64,000 bases of DNA, from NCBI GenBank assembly GCA_944390945.1, contig CALXRV010000058.1, positions 431-64,430 of the forward strand, read 5' to 3'. The notes under the pieces were generated by a model. It did not search any database. It was not told the DNA's origin and saw nothing but the letters and a program-made list of their open reading frames with translations. Both the position numbers and the translations under genes were made by a program. This document shows positions 28,488-39,022 of the stretch, one piece after another (within the stretch, counting starts at the first letter, position 1; every line of letters begins with the position of its first letter). This DNA comes from an uncultured Clostridia bacterium. Lineage in GTDB: Bacteria; Bacillota; Dehalobacteriia; UBA4068.

Positions 28488-30617
28488 TCATCCGACCAGC
28501 TTGCTTAAATCCCCCACTGCAGCCGGCAGCTGCGCCAAGCGCTGCAATAAAGCCAGGCGATTGCCGCGCACAGCAGGATCTTCATCCATCACCATCACCG
28601 CGTCGAAAAAGGCATTGATGGAAGGCGTCAACTCTGCCGCCGCATCAAGCACGGCGGAATAATCTCCGGCTGTCAGCAGCGGAGCGGCTTTCTCCTCTGC
28701 TACCTGTAGGGCTGCGAACAATGCCCGTTCACTCTCATCCTGGAACAAACTCATTTCCACCTGGCACGGCAAACCGTCTGTCTGCTTTTGTACACCGCTG
28801 CGCAGTAGATTCGCCACGCGAGTGAACCCCGCCATCAACGGAGCCAGTTTACCGGCAGCGCGATAATTGTGCAGTGCATGCGCACGGCAGGCAGCGCCAT
28901 AGAACTCCGCCTGTAAAATACAGATTTGTTCCACCGCATTGACGATATCATACTCCACGCCCTTTTCTGCCAGAAGGTTGGCCAGACGCTGCTGCAGAAA
29001 ACGGACCGCAAGCTCCAGGCGCTCTTCCGCGGCCAGCAGGTTTTGTTTTGCTGCAGAAGAGACATCCGCCTCGACCAGCGCAAAAGCAACTGGCAACAGC
29101 TCCCGCAGTGGCAAGCGCAGCGCATGCGCATCGATAATCTGCACACAGCCGGCTGCAGCACGCCGCAAAGCATATGGGTCCTGAGAACCGGAAGGCACCA
29201 TCCCGATGGCGAAAAAGCCGCAAATGCTGTCAAGCTTGTCCGCCAGCGCCACAGCCACGCCGGCTTTTGTCTCTGGCAAAGCATCGCCGGCAAAACGCGG
29301 CAAATAATGCTCGCGGATCGCCTGTGCCACCACCGGATCTTCGCCGGCAGCCTTGGCATAATACTCACCGATAATCCCCTGCAGCTCAGGGAACTCATAT
29401 ACAACACGGCTGCCCAAATCCGCTTTGGCCAGGTAGGCTGCACGCTGCACCTGCGTCATCTCTTCCGCCGTATACCCCAAACGATGGCCGATCTCTTCCG
29501 CCAGCTTCACCATGCGTGCCACCTTCTGCCGCATCGTACCCAGCTTTTCATGGAATACGACCTGAGAAAGCTCCTCCACCTTGTCTTCCATCCGGTCGGC
29601 AAGATCCTCATGATAAAAGAATTCCGCATCCGCCAGGCGCGCGCGCAGCACCTTTTCATTGCCTTCAGCCACCGTCGCCAAAAAGCGGCTATTGCCGTTG
29701 CGCACGGTGATAAAGCGCGGCAGCAGGCTGCCATCCGCCGCATAAACCGGAAAATAGCGCTGATGCTCACGCATCGGCGTAATCACCAGTTCCTGTGGCA
29801 TGGCAAGATATTTTTCTTCGAAATGCCCGGAAAGCGCAGTCGGGTATTCCAGCAAATACGTCACTTCTGTGAGCAGCTCCTCATCCTCTTCTACATGGCC
29901 GCCCAGGCGATCAGCTTCCGCCAGGATCTGCTGCCAGCACAGGGCACGCCGTTCGTCCTGGTCGCAGATCACATAGTTTTCCCGCAGCTTGGGGAGATAC
30001 TCAGCCGGCTCCGCCAGCTCGATATGGTCGCTACCCAGCAAACGATGGCCACGGCTGAAGCGATCGGCATGAATGCCGGCAAATTCCAGATCCACCACTT
30101 CCTGACCAAACAGTGCCACCATCCAGCGTACCGGGCGCACGAAACGGCGCGTCTGGTAGCCCCAGCGCATCGGCTTGGGGAAGGACAGCCCCTCGGCAAT
30201 ACCGCGCAGCAGGTCAGGCAAAACCTGCAGTGCAGGCTGTCCCGGGCTGCGCTTGCACGCAAACAAATAAAGGTTCCCGTTTACCTCACGTTCAATCAAA
30301 TCCTGCGGGTCCAGGCCCTGACTTTTGCAAAAACCGAGCAAAGCGCGGGTCGGCGCACCGTTTTCGTCATAGGCAGCCTTGCGCGAAGGCCCCCGCTGTT
30401 CTGTCTCCTTATCCGCCGTAGTGCCGGAAAGGCCGTTTACCAGCAATGTCAGGCGACGAGGTGTTGCGTAAACGCGCAATCCCTCATGCGCCAACCCAGC
30501 CTCACGCAGTGCTTCGCCGGCAGCTGCTGCCAGCTGTTTCACTGCTGCAGGGATAAAACGGGCCGGTACCTCTTCCATGCCGATCTCCCAAAGCAGATCG
30601 CGTCTTTCTGCTGTCAT
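28488..30617 (-). CDS. glyS: glycine--tRNA ligase beta subunit
   Basis: 709 aa. Starts ...[17 protein letters not shown], typical of GlyS, and overlaps glyQ by 4 nt. Confidence 0.9.
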   Translation of the reverse strand: MTAERRDLLWEIGMEEVPARFIPAAVKQLAAAAGEALREAGLAHEGLRVYATPRRLTLLVNGLSGTTADKETEQRGPSRKAAYDENGAPTRALLGFCKSQGLDPQDLIEREVNGNLYLFACKRSPGQPALQVLPDLLRGIAEGLSFPKPMRWGYQTRRFVRPVRWMVALFGQEVVDLEFAGIHADRFSRGHRLLGSDHIELAEPAEYLPKLRENYVICDQDERRALCWQQILAEADRLGGHVEEDEELLTEVTYLLEYPTALSGHFEEKYLAMPQELVITPMREHQRYFPVYAADGSLLPRFITVRNGNSRFLATVAEGNEKVLRARLADAEFFYHEDLADRMEDKVEELSQVVFHEKLGTMRQKVARMVKLAEEIGHRLGYTAEEMTQVQRAAYLAKADLGSRVVYEFPELQGIIGEYYAKAAGEDPVVAQAIREHYLPRFAGDALPETKAGVAVALADKLDSICGFFAIGMVPSGSQDPYALRRAAAGCVQIIDAHALRLPLRELLPVAFALVEADVSSAAKQNLLAAEERLELAVRFLQQRLANLLAEKGVEYDIVNAVEQICILQAEFYGAACRAHALHNYRAAGKLAPLMAGFTRVANLLRSGVQKQTDGLPCQVEMSLFQDESERALFAALQVAEEKAAPLLTAGDYSAVLDAAAELTPSINAFFDAVMVMDEDPAVRGNRLALLQRLAQLPAAVGDLSKLVG

Positions 30618-31552
30618 GCCTGTGGCACCTCCTTTTCACGCTCCGCCTGATCATCCAGACCAAGCTGCTCGCGCAGGGCGGGGTCTTTCAGCAAAGGAAA
30701 ACCCAGCGCCTTGCGCTGTTCCAAGTAAGCGACAGAGCAGGCGCGCGCCAGATTGCGCACACGGGCGATATAGCTCTGCCGTTCTGTGACGGAAATCGCA
30801 GAGCGTGCATCGAGCAGGTTAAACGTATGCGAGCATTTCAGCATATAATCATAAGCGGTCTGCGGCAATCCTGCCGCCACGATACGCTGGGATTCCTTTT
30901 CATACATATCGAACAGACGGAACAGCATATCCGTATCAGCCAGTTCAAAATTATAGCGGGAATAATCCACCTCGTTTTGATGGTGTACGTCACCATAGGT
31001 AACGCCATCTGCCCACAGGATATCATAGACGCTATCAACCTTCTGAATCACCATCGCCAGGCGTTCAATGCCATAGGTGATCTCGCCGCAAACCGGATGG
31101 CAGTCAAAACCGCCGCATTGCTGGAAATAGGTGAACTGCGTCACCTCCATGCCATCCAGCCAAACCTCCCAGCCCAGCCCCCATGCGCCCAGGGTTGGGC
31201 TCTCCCAGTTATCCTCCACAAAACGGATATCATGCTCCTCCTCACGAATGCCGATGGCATCCAGGGAAGCCAAATACAGCTCCTGGATATCATCAGGCGA
31301 AGGCTTGAGCAGGACCTGATATTGATAATAATGCTGTAGCCGGTTGGGGTTATCGCCATAACGGCCGTCAGTCGGTCGCCGGGAAGGCTCAACATAAGCC
31401 GCATTCCACGGTTCCGGCCCTAAAGCGCGCAGCGCAGTAGCCGGATTCATCGTTCCGGCGCCTTTTTCCGTATCATAGGGTTGCACGATCAAGCAACCAT
31501 GTTTTCCCCAGAACTGATTCAGCGCCAGGATCATTTCCTGAAAATTCATCAT
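30614..31552 (-). CDS. glyQ: glycine--tRNA ligase alpha subunit
   Basis: [49 protein letters not shown]... is the highly conserved GlyQ N-terminus. Confidence 0.95.
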   Translation of the reverse strand: MMNFQEMILALNQFWGKHGCLIVQPYDTEKGAGTMNPATALRALGPEPWNAAYVEPSRRPTDGRYGDNPNRLQHYYQYQVLLKPSPDDIQELYLASLDAIGIREEEHDIRFVEDNWESPTLGAWGLGWEVWLDGMEVTQFTYFQQCGGFDCHPVCGEITYGIERLAMVIQKVDSVYDILWADGVTYGDVHHQNEVDYSRYNFELADTDMLFRLFDMYEKESQRIVAAGLPQTAYDYMLKCSHTFNLLDARSAISVTERQSYIARVRNLARACSVAYLEQRKALGFPLLKDPALREQLGLDDQAEREKEVPQA

Positions 31553-31616
31553 CGCTTTTTCCTCGATTGCTTAATTTCAATATTGTAACAAAAATGCCCT
31601 ATAAACCCATATTAAA

Positions 31617-31645
31617 ATTATAATCCTATGCATCCTGCTTGTCAA
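31617..31645 (-). promoter_or_regulatory. sigma-A promoter of glyQS
   Basis: Minus strand reads TTGACA, 17-nt spacer, TATAAT, ~60 nt upstream of the glyQ ATG. The leader is too short for a T-box. Confidence 0.7.
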
Positions 31646-31783
31646 ACAAAATCAACCCTCTTTCTGTGCGGCATAATCGCTGAACAGATGGATGAAAACA
31701 ATAGCTCCCGCAGCAGCAGAGTTATTTGCCTTTCTCCTGCTAAATGCCATTTCCATATGAGGAATGCGCCTCCTTTTCTGCCC

Positions 31784-31820
31784 AACAAAAATAGGCTGTG
31801 CGTTCGACCGCACCGCCTAT
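31784..31820 (-). terminator. intrinsic terminator after the aldo-keto reductase gene
   Basis: Minus strand ATAGGCGGTGCG-gtcgaa-CGCACAGCCTAT followed by TTTTTG. Confidence 0.75.
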
Positions 31821-31915
31821 TCTATCCCTGCGCAGGATTATCCTGATCTGTTTTCCTGTTTGATAGGACCTGCCATACTGTTCGCCGCATAGCGTTTGCG
31901 GTCAGCTGGCCCATC

Positions 31916-32728
31916 CTAGCGATTATCCGGATCAAGTCTGGCCTGGTTTCGATTCAAGCCATCGATTGCAGCCATTTCCGCTTCGTCTAAGCTAAAATCA
32001 AAGATATCTGCATTTTCGTAAATTCGTTCTTTGTGTACAGACTTGGGAATCGGAACCACATGGTTCTGAATATGCCAACGCAAAACAATTTGCGCCACGC
32101 TTTTTCCATGTTTCCATGCCAGTTCAGTCAACAGCAGATCATCCATCAGCCCCCCACGCAGAAGAGGACTCCAGGCCTGGCACACGATATCCTCCTTTTT
32201 GCAGAAAGCGAGCAGCAGCTTTTGCGAATGATACGGATGGCATTCAAACTGATCAACCATCGGTTTAATCTCCGCCTGCGGTAAAATCGCCTCCAGATGG
32301 TGCTGGTGAAAGTTACTCACGCCGATCGCGCGCACAAGACCTTCCTGATAACATTTCTCCAATACTCGCCAGGATTCCAGCGCCAGTCCGGGCAGTGGCC
32401 AATGAATCAAATACAGGTCGATATAATCCAGGCCAAGCCGATCCAGACTTTGCAAAAACGCATCATACTGCTTATGCGTTTTTTGCTCGCTGTCCCATAA
32501 CTTTGTTGTAATGAAAATCTCGTCACGCCTTAGGCCGGAAGCGCGAACCGCCGCGCCCACCTGCCGCTCATTGCCATACAAAGCAGCCGTATCGATATGC
32601 CGGTATCCAACTTCCAGCGCCCATAAGACCGCCTGCTCTGTTTGTTCTTCACATTGATACACGCCCAAACCCAAGCAGGGAAGCTCCACCCCGTTTTTCA
32701 GCGGAATACTTGGAATATGGATCATCAT
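31916..32728 (-). CDS. aldo/keto reductase (2,5-diketo-D-gluconate reductase-like)
   Basis: ORF trimmed to ATG 32728; the track start is a TTG. Sequence LPCLGLGVYQ...EVGYRHIDTAALYGNE...LYLIHWP is the classic AKR motif set. Confidence 0.85.
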   Translation of the reverse strand: MMIHIPSIPLKNGVELPCLGLGVYQCEEQTEQAVLWALEVGYRHIDTAALYGNERQVGAAVRASGLRRDEIFITTKLWDSEQKTHKQYDAFLQSLDRLGLDYIDLYLIHWPLPGLALESWRVLEKCYQEGLVRAIGVSNFHQHHLEAILPQAEIKPMVDQFECHPYHSQKLLLAFCKKEDIVCQAWSPLLRGGLMDDLLLTELAWKHGKSVAQIVLRWHIQNHVVPIPKSVHKERIYENADIFDFSLDEAEMAAIDGLNRNQARLDPDNR

Positions 32729-32785
32729 GCGCCGCCTGCCTTTCAACGTCTAATTTATCGGATCTGCCGGGAATCCGCCCTCAGG

Positions 32786-32830
32786 CAAGAAGAAAAGGCA
32801 GCACCCGCCTGAGCGAGGCGCTGCCTTTTT
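32786..32830 (-). terminator. intrinsic terminator at the end of the RidA...Dpp operon
   Basis: Minus strand AAAAGGCAGC-...-GCTGCCTTTT followed by CTTCTT. Confidence 0.65.
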
Positions 32831-32840
32831 CTGCTGCGGT

Positions 32841-33425
32841 TTATTCCGCAACATCACAATCCCAGAAGTACATATATTCGTCAGCACGATACTGCCAATT
32901 CTGCAACCGTTCACCGATCGCATAATACGTCGGCTGCCGGAAGAGGAAAATCCACGGGCATTCTTCATGCGCCAGCTGCTGGCACTGGTTCAGCAATTCC
33001 TGACGCTGCTCATTATCCATCGTGCGCTTTGCCTCTTCAGCCAAGGCATCAAATTCTTCGTTCTGCCAGGTATTGCCCACCATTCCGTACTGAACCCAGG
33101 CCAGCTCGCCAACTCCGGTGAAATAACCGCCCAAGCCGATATAATTCAGTTCAGCCAAGCCGCCTTCCTTACCGGCATTGCGATACTCATTCAGGATGGA
33201 ATAATCCAGGACTTCTACTGAAGCATTAAAGCCCACATCATTCAGATAACCTGCCACAGCCTGGGAGATTTCCTTCTCGCGCAAATAACGGCCCGTGGTC
33301 GTCTGAATCTTGATCTCCAGCCCTTCCGGCACGCCGGCTTCGGCCAAAAGCTGCTTAGCCTTTTCCGGATCATAGGGATAGGGTTCCAGCGACGGATCGT
33401 TACGCTCATACCTTACCACCACCAT
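32841..33425 (-). pseudogene. C-terminal ~195-aa fragment of a family-5 (peptide/nickel, DppA/OppA-like) ABC substrate-binding protein
   Basis: YDPEKAKQLLAEAGVPEGLEIKI... and the following region correspond to roughly the last third of ~520-aa SBP_bac_5 proteins. There is no signal peptide or lipobox and no N-terminal lobes. The ORF opens 6 nt after the permease stop. Confidence 0.6.
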
Positions 33426-33431
33426 GCTTCC

Positions 33432-34286
33432 CTATTTCAGCTTCGGGTCCAGATAATCGCGTAACCAATCGCCCAAAAGATTGATCGCAAGCACACAGCA
33501 CATGATCGCAAGACCGGGATATGTGGCGCACCAAGGGCAGTTACGCAAATTCTCTCGGCTTTCCGCCAGCATCGTCCCCCAGCTGGGAATCGACGGATCC
33601 ACCCCCAGGCCAAGAAAGGAGAGCGAAGCCTCGGCAAGTATATTGGTAGCGATATTAAAAGTAGAAACCACGATAATGGGCGCAACAACATTTGGCAGGA
33701 TGTGCTTTAAGATAATGAACATATTGCCGTTTCCGATCGCGTGGGAGGCTTCAACAAATTCCCTCTGCTTGACCGCCATCGTTTCCGCCCTTACCACACG
33801 GGCGTAATTGGTCCAGTTCACCATCCCCAGCACGATAATAATCGTCACCACGCCGCCGCCCAATGCCGACAGCAAAATCAACGCCATCAGCACAAAGGGA
33901 AACGCTAAGAACACATCCGTGACCCGCATCAGAATCGTTTCAACGATTCCCCCGGTATAACCGGCAACCAGACCGATCAGGCAGCCGATAACCAGAGAAA
34001 TTACCATTCCCCCCAAGCCAACGATCAGCGAAAGCCTCGTGCCATAAACCAAACGCGAAAACACATCGCGTCCCAGGCTGTCCGTTCCCAGATAATAAGC
34101 TTCCCCATCGCTATCCTTGCTGCCGGGTTCGACCAGACGGTCCTGCAGCGTCATCTGGTTCGGACTATGGTTTGCGATATAGGGCGCAAAAACTGCAACG
34201 ACCAACACCAGCAAAACCAAGGCCAGACCAATGCAGCCGGAAGGACTGGAAGATAAATTTTTAACAAGCGCTTTTGCCTTGACCAT
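33432..34286 (-). CDS. ABC transporter permease, DppC/OppC family
   Basis: Trimmed to ATG 34286; the track start is a TTG. Multi-TM protein with the EAA-type loop ...REFVEASHAIGNGNMFIILKHILPN. Confidence 0.8.
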   Translation of the reverse strand: MVKAKALVKNLSSSPSGCIGLALVLLVLVVAVFAPYIANHSPNQMTLQDRLVEPGSKDSDGEAYYLGTDSLGRDVFSRLVYGTRLSLIVGLGGMVISLVIGCLIGLVAGYTGGIVETILMRVTDVFLAFPFVLMALILLSALGGGVVTIIIVLGMVNWTNYARVVRAETMAVKQREFVEASHAIGNGNMFIILKHILPNVVAPIIVVSTFNIATNILAEASLSFLGLGVDPSIPSWGTMLAESRENLRNCPWCATYPGLAIMCCVLAINLLGDWLRDYLDPKLK

Positions 34287-34297
34287 ATTGCAATACC

Positions 34298-35212
34298 TCA
34301 ATTCCTTACACGCGGATCGAGCAGCGCATAAACCAAATCAACGGATAAGTTGATCACGACAAAGATCAATGCGATCATCGCTGCAATCGCCTGCAGCAAC
34401 GGGAAATCATGCATGGTAATCGCAGTCACCGACAGGCGGCCAATCCCTGGCCAGGAAAATATGGTTTCCGTGATCACCGCTCCGCCCAAAAACGATCCCA
34501 TCTGCAGTCCCACCTGCGTAATCACCGGCCGGATCGCGTTTTTCAACGTATGCTTCCAGGTGACCACCATATCCCGCAGGCCTTTGCTGCGTGCAAGCTT
34601 GATATATTCATCCCCCAGGACTTCCAGCATGGCAGAACGCATCATGCGCATGTTTTGCGCCAGGGGAAGCATCATTAAGGTAATACAGGGCATGATCAGG
34701 CATTCCAAACCCTCAGAGCCGGATACAGGCAGCCACCCTTTCGAAACGCCGAAATAAAAAATCATCATGATAGCCAGCCAAAAATTCGGCATTGACTGGC
34801 CGGCGACCGCCAAAGAGGTAACCACCGTATCAATCCAGGTGCCGCGTTTCAACGCGGCCAAAACGCCTAAAGGAATGGCCAGCACCAGTGCAAGCCCAAG
34901 CGCCGCTGCCGCCAGCTTCAAGGTAGCCGGGAGCCGCTGCAGAATCAAACTGGCATTCGGCTGGTTATAGTAGATCGACGTGCCTAGATCTCCCTGCACC
35001 AGATCGACCAGGAACTCGGCATACAGGATATACCAAGGCCTATCCAGTCCCCGCAGGGCACGAAACTCCTCGATCTGCTCCGGGGTCGCGGTATCCCCCA
35101 TCATCAACGCAGCAGGATCGCCTGTCAAATACGATGCCAGGAAAACGATCAGCGTTGCGCCGATCATCACCGCGACTCCTTGCAGCAGTCTGGAAACAAT
35201 AATTCTCAACAT
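34298..35212 (-). CDS. ABC transporter permease, DppB/OppB family
   Basis: MLRIIVSRLLQGVAVMIGATLIVF is a typical DppB start. EAA loop ...EYIKLARSKGLRDMVVTWKHTLKNA. Confidence 0.85.
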   Translation of the reverse strand: MLRIIVSRLLQGVAVMIGATLIVFLASYLTGDPAALMMGDTATPEQIEEFRALRGLDRPWYILYAEFLVDLVQGDLGTSIYYNQPNASLILQRLPATLKLAAAALGLALVLAIPLGVLAALKRGTWIDTVVTSLAVAGQSMPNFWLAIMMIFYFGVSKGWLPVSGSEGLECLIMPCITLMMLPLAQNMRMMRSAMLEVLGDEYIKLARSKGLRDMVVTWKHTLKNAIRPVITQVGLQMGSFLGGAVITETIFSWPGIGRLSVTAITMHDFPLLQAIAAMIALIFVVINLSVDLVYALLDPRVRN

Positions 35213-35261
35213 ATTCCTCAGTCCTTGCCTATCAAAATCAAAACTGCAGGTAACTGTCTAA

Positions 35262-36698
35262 TTAAGCCCCCAAACGCTTGATGAATTCCGCAAAGAACAA
35301 CTCTGCCTCAAGAATACCGGCGTAATTTGCGCTCTTTTCCACCGCCAAAAATTCATTGACCGCGCCGGCGCCTGCACCAAACCCAATGCCAGCATCAAAG
35401 ACGACCGGCATTCCAAGCTCAGCAAACAGCGACCAAGGGCCGCCGCCACCGACAAAAGGCCATACCGTCCAGGGAATGTTTTCTTCATCCAAAATATCCG
35501 TGAAGGATTTCAACAGCTTGCTGTCCAGAGCAGTCTGATATGGCTCATAAGCCGCCGTGACTTTCATTTCAATATCGGCAAAGCCGTTCTCCACCAAGTG
35601 CCGCTGAATCCGTTCAATCGTATTCTTTGCAGAATAACCGCGTGGAATCCGGATATCGCACTGACACCATGCTTCATTCGGCAGCCGGAAAACTTCCGTG
35701 CCAGGTCCTGTAAAACCGCTGGCCAGGCCGTTGATATTGAAGCTCGGGCTATACCAGTATTTCAGTGTTGCATCCACATTGCTCAACCCGTCATTGGCGG
35801 ATTTTACATCCGTCCCCACGCCCGGCAAAAATTCTTTCCAATGCTTGCCCGGGAAACCGTCAACCAGACGCTGCGCCGCAGCCCGTTCGGCATCGCTGAC
35901 CGGCTGATCATCCGCATAGAAGTCCTTTACCAGAATGCGCTCTGTGACCGGATCCTTCATCGATGCCATCGCGCAGACCAAACGCCATGTCGGGCTCTCA
36001 ATCAGGCTGTGGGCCATCGCATGCGTCGCCTTGTTTTGCGGTCCTTTGCCCCACAACTTTCCGGAGCAGGTAAAGCGAACATTGATCAGCCCCTTATAGC
36101 CCTGCGTGATTTTCACCTGGCCGCTGGCAGACTGCACGGCGCCGGGGCAAAAAGCAAAGGATGCTGTGGCTAAACGGTCTTTATACTTTTCGAAAAAGCT
36201 TTTATAATTCGGGCTGCCGAGATTCTCTTCAGATTCTGCCAGGAAAATAATATTCAGCGGCAGTTTCCCTTCGATCGCCTTCACGGCTTCCAAGGCATTC
36301 AGCCAGGAGATATAGGGAGCCTTGCGACCTTGCGCACCACGCGCCAAAATCACCTTGCCATAAGGCGGCTTGTCCACGATTTCAGCCGCAAAGGGATCCG
36401 CATCCCATCCATCAGGGTAAGCAGGTTTTGTATCCAACATACAATAATTGATCAAAGTCTGCTCCGCGCCGCTATCCAGATAAGCAAACACACCGGGGTT
36501 ACCGGTCGGCGTCTCCAACAAGGTGACTTCCTGGCAGCCCAGAGCACGGTAATACTCCATCAGCAGTTCAGCCGATTCCCGGCAGCCAACACCATCTGAA
36601 GGGATGCACGGCTGGCGCAAAAAATTCTGCATAGTCGCCAAATGCCGGTCCCAGTTCTTCGTAAAATAGTCGCGATAAGCAGCGTTTTCAAACCCCAT
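35262..36698 (-). CDS. M20 family metallopeptidase (dipeptidase/ArgE/DapE/CPG2-like)
   Basis: 478 aa. The N-terminal catalytic-domain pattern (...GNPGVFAYLDSGAEQTLINYCMLDTKPA...WDADPF...ARGAQGRKAP) and length fit M20 dipeptidases. The specific activity is unknown. Confidence 0.6.
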   Translation of the reverse strand: MGFENAAYRDYFTKNWDRHLATMQNFLRQPCIPSDGVGCRESAELLMEYYRALGCQEVTLLETPTGNPGVFAYLDSGAEQTLINYCMLDTKPAYPDGWDADPFAAEIVDKPPYGKVILARGAQGRKAPYISWLNALEAVKAIEGKLPLNIIFLAESEENLGSPNYKSFFEKYKDRLATASFAFCPGAVQSASGQVKITQGYKGLINVRFTCSGKLWGKGPQNKATHAMAHSLIESPTWRLVCAMASMKDPVTERILVKDFYADDQPVSDAERAAAQRLVDGFPGKHWKEFLPGVGTDVKSANDGLSNVDATLKYWYSPSFNINGLASGFTGPGTEVFRLPNEAWCQCDIRIPRGYSAKNTIERIQRHLVENGFADIEMKVTAAYEPYQTALDSKLLKSFTDILDEENIPWTVWPFVGGGGPWSLFAELGMPVVFDAGIGFGAGAGAVNEFLAVEKSANYAGILEAELFFAEFIKRLGA

Positions 36699-37777
36699 TA
36701 TTCCTGCCCCCCAATCTGTTCAGAGAAAAAGCCCAGTTTTACTACACGCTCAAAATGCGCCGAATATTTCCCTGCGCTTTGCATCGGTTGTTCAACCACA
36801 TAACGCAACATCCGTACAAGCGTTAAATTATAATCCAACGGCGTGCCGTCAATGGCCGGAATATTCCAGCCGGAGCCATCCAGGAAATCATTCCTGTTCG
36901 CCGCCTCCAGCACCCTCTGTTCCAAATAGGCATCATGCAGAACATCAATCTTGCCCGTCAGGAAAGCAAGTGCCGCGCACAGGCCATAGCAACCCCAGTC
37001 TGATGTGGTTGCGGTCAAAATATTATCTGCCGCCACATCGGCGCAAATGCCGCCGCCACAATCACATTGGCATTGTGCACCAAAAGGCACATAAGCTTTA
37101 ACCGCTTCCGCAATGCCGCCCATACCCAGCTCATTTCCTAAATCGCCGATCGCCGCATTCGGCACGCCCTTTTCACGCAGAGCAGCGAACAGGTCATCAA
37201 TTTTTCCCGCAAGATGCGAAACATTGGCGCCGCCGCCGAGGTGATACTCGCCTTTTTCATTCCTGCCGCCGCGTTCTACTGTAATCATCGCTGCCGGCAA
37301 AGGCATCTCCAAGATCGCCTGCCTCTGTTTCGCCGCGATTTCTTCCCGGGCAGAAACACCATAAACTGCAGCGGAAACCGGACCAACGCATTCCGCCAGG
37401 GTATCATACGCATTGAGCCCGGCAGCCATCAGCACATTTTTCATTCCTGCAGTCAAAATATCTTCGCAAATAATTACCGGTTTGACACCCAGTGCGAGCA
37501 CAAGCGCGCGCGCCAACAAGGCGGAGCCGGTCAGGCCGTCCAGCTCGCCCTTCCCATAAGGGGAAAAGACAAAGCCGGTGAAAATATATACCGTATCCCC
37601 TGGTTTTGTGTTTTCCATAAACATCCGTGCGACATTCAAGCACAGCGGCTGACCACCATGTTTTTGCCTAGCTGCCGCCTGGATGATGCGGGAAATGCCA
37701 TAACCACGCAGATCCAAAGTAACCAGATCATCGATGTTCAGACCCACGATGTACTCCCGCAATGCTTTTTCGTTCAT
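36698..37777 (-). CDS. DUF4392 (D-glutamate cyclase-like) domain protein
   Basis: 359 aa. The segment FTGFVFSPYGKGELDGLTGSALLARAL resembles the ETDGPxG core of DUF4392 as I recall it. The assignment is from memory of the family only. Confidence 0.4.
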   Translation of the reverse strand: MNEKALREYIVGLNIDDLVTLDLRGYGISRIIQAAARQKHGGQPLCLNVARMFMENTKPGDTVYIFTGFVFSPYGKGELDGLTGSALLARALVLALGVKPVIICEDILTAGMKNVLMAAGLNAYDTLAECVGPVSAAVYGVSAREEIAAKQRQAILEMPLPAAMITVERGGRNEKGEYHLGGGANVSHLAGKIDDLFAALREKGVPNAAIGDLGNELGMGGIAEAVKAYVPFGAQCQCDCGGGICADVAADNILTATTSDWGCYGLCAALAFLTGKIDVLHDAYLEQRVLEAANRNDFLDGSGWNIPAIDGTPLDYNLTLVRMLRYVVEQPMQSAGKYSAHFERVVKLGFFSEQIGGQE

Positions 37778-37804
37778 ACGCCAACACCCTCACTTATCAT
37801 AAAA

Positions 37805-38959
37805 TTATAAACTACATAAATAATCCCAAGCCTGCTGTGCCAGAAGAGCCGCACCCAGCGGCAAACAATCCAGGTCGATACGGAATTTTTCCGTATGGAT
37901 CGGCGCCGAAATGCCGGCCGCCGCATTGCCGCAGCCTAAATTCGTATACACGCCCGGACAGTGTTGTTGATAGCGGGAGAAATCCTCGCCGCCCATTGTC
38001 GGATGCGCAATCGCAAAAACATTCTTTTCTCCCAGCACTGCAGCAGCCGATGCTTTGACCTGTGCGGACAAATCCGGGTCATTATATACCACCGGGTATC
38101 CCGGTTCAAAATCAATCTCGCCTTCCCCGCCATTGCCAACAGCCACCGCGCCCACAATATGCTGCATGCGCTCTTTTGTCCTCGCCCGCACCTCTTCGCT
38201 TAAGGTACGCAAAGTACCCCGCATCGTCACGCAATCCGCTACGATATTTGTTTTCTTGCCACCCTCGATCGTGCTGACCGAAAGCACGATCGGCTGCACA
38301 GGATCTGTATTGCGGCTAACGATGCTTTGCAGTGCCAGGATCACCTGCGCTGCGATGACGATCGCGTCAATTCCCTGTTCCGGATGCGCTGCATGGCAGC
38401 TGCAACCAATGATCCGGATCGTAAAATCATCTGAAGCCGCCATAAACGGGCCGCTCATGATCCCCAGTTTCCCCACCGGAATATGCGTCTGGACATGCTG
38501 CCCGAATATCGCCTCAACCGGAGGACTTTCCAGAACTCCCTGCTCAATCAGGGCAAGCGCTCCGCCTGGGTGTTTTTCTTCAGACGGCTGAAAAATCAAG
38601 CGGACATGCCCGGGCAATTCACTCTGGCGGGCCTGCAACAGTCTGGCTGCGCCCAACAGCATTGCAACATGCGCATCATGCCCGCAAGCGTGCATGATCC
38701 CCTCATGATGAGAGGAAAAGGGGACGCCGCTGTTTTCCCGGATCGGCAAGGCATCCATATCTGCCCGCAGCGCTACCACATGGTCACCCATTATCCCACG
38801 CAACATGGCGACAACAGCGGGTTCCGCAAAATTCTCATCCGGCACTATCCCATTTTCCGTCAGGAAAGACTTGATCCGGCGGCAAGTCCCAAACTCCTGC
38901 CCGGAAAGCTCTGGATATTGGTGGAGACTTTGATATACTTCAACCAGCCACGGCTTCAA
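37805..38959 (-). CDS. M20D family amidohydrolase (N-acyl-L-amino-acid amidohydrolase/hippurate hydrolase-like)
   Basis: 384 aa. Motifs FSSHHEGIMHACGHDAHVAMLLGAARLL and FQPSEE; the fold is like peptidase M20D / IAA-amino acid hydrolases. Confidence 0.8.
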   Translation of the reverse strand: MKPWLVEVYQSLHQYPELSGQEFGTCRRIKSFLTENGIVPDENFAEPAVVAMLRGIMGDHVVALRADMDALPIRENSGVPFSSHHEGIMHACGHDAHVAMLLGAARLLQARQSELPGHVRLIFQPSEEKHPGGALALIEQGVLESPPVEAIFGQHVQTHIPVGKLGIMSGPFMAASDDFTIRIIGCSCHAAHPEQGIDAIVIAAQVILALQSIVSRNTDPVQPIVLSVSTIEGGKKTNIVADCVTMRGTLRTLSEEVRARTKERMQHIVGAVAVGNGGEGEIDFEPGYPVVYNDPDLSAQVKASAAAVLGEKNVFAIAHPTMGGEDFSRYQQHCPGVYTNLGCGNAAAGISAPIHTEKFRIDLDCLPLGAALLAQQAWDYLCSL

Positions 38960-39022
38960 CGCTTGCGCGGCTGTAGCAAAATATCCTTGTTCCAGTGTGA
39001 TCTACCTCTTCCGCTCGTGTAT

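Noticed and set aside
28926-30650. 574-aa plus-strand ORF
   Set aside because: It is antisense to glyS, has low-complexity R/Q/L-rich sequence and no RBS. The minus-strand GlyS reading is secure.
31553-31915. T-box leader expected upstream of glyQS
   Set aside because: The hairpin plus T-run at 31784-31820 terminates the upstream AKR gene. A consensus promoter lies only ~60 nt from the glyQ ATG. No GGUGGUACCGCG-type T-box sequence or GGC specifier-loop context could be found.
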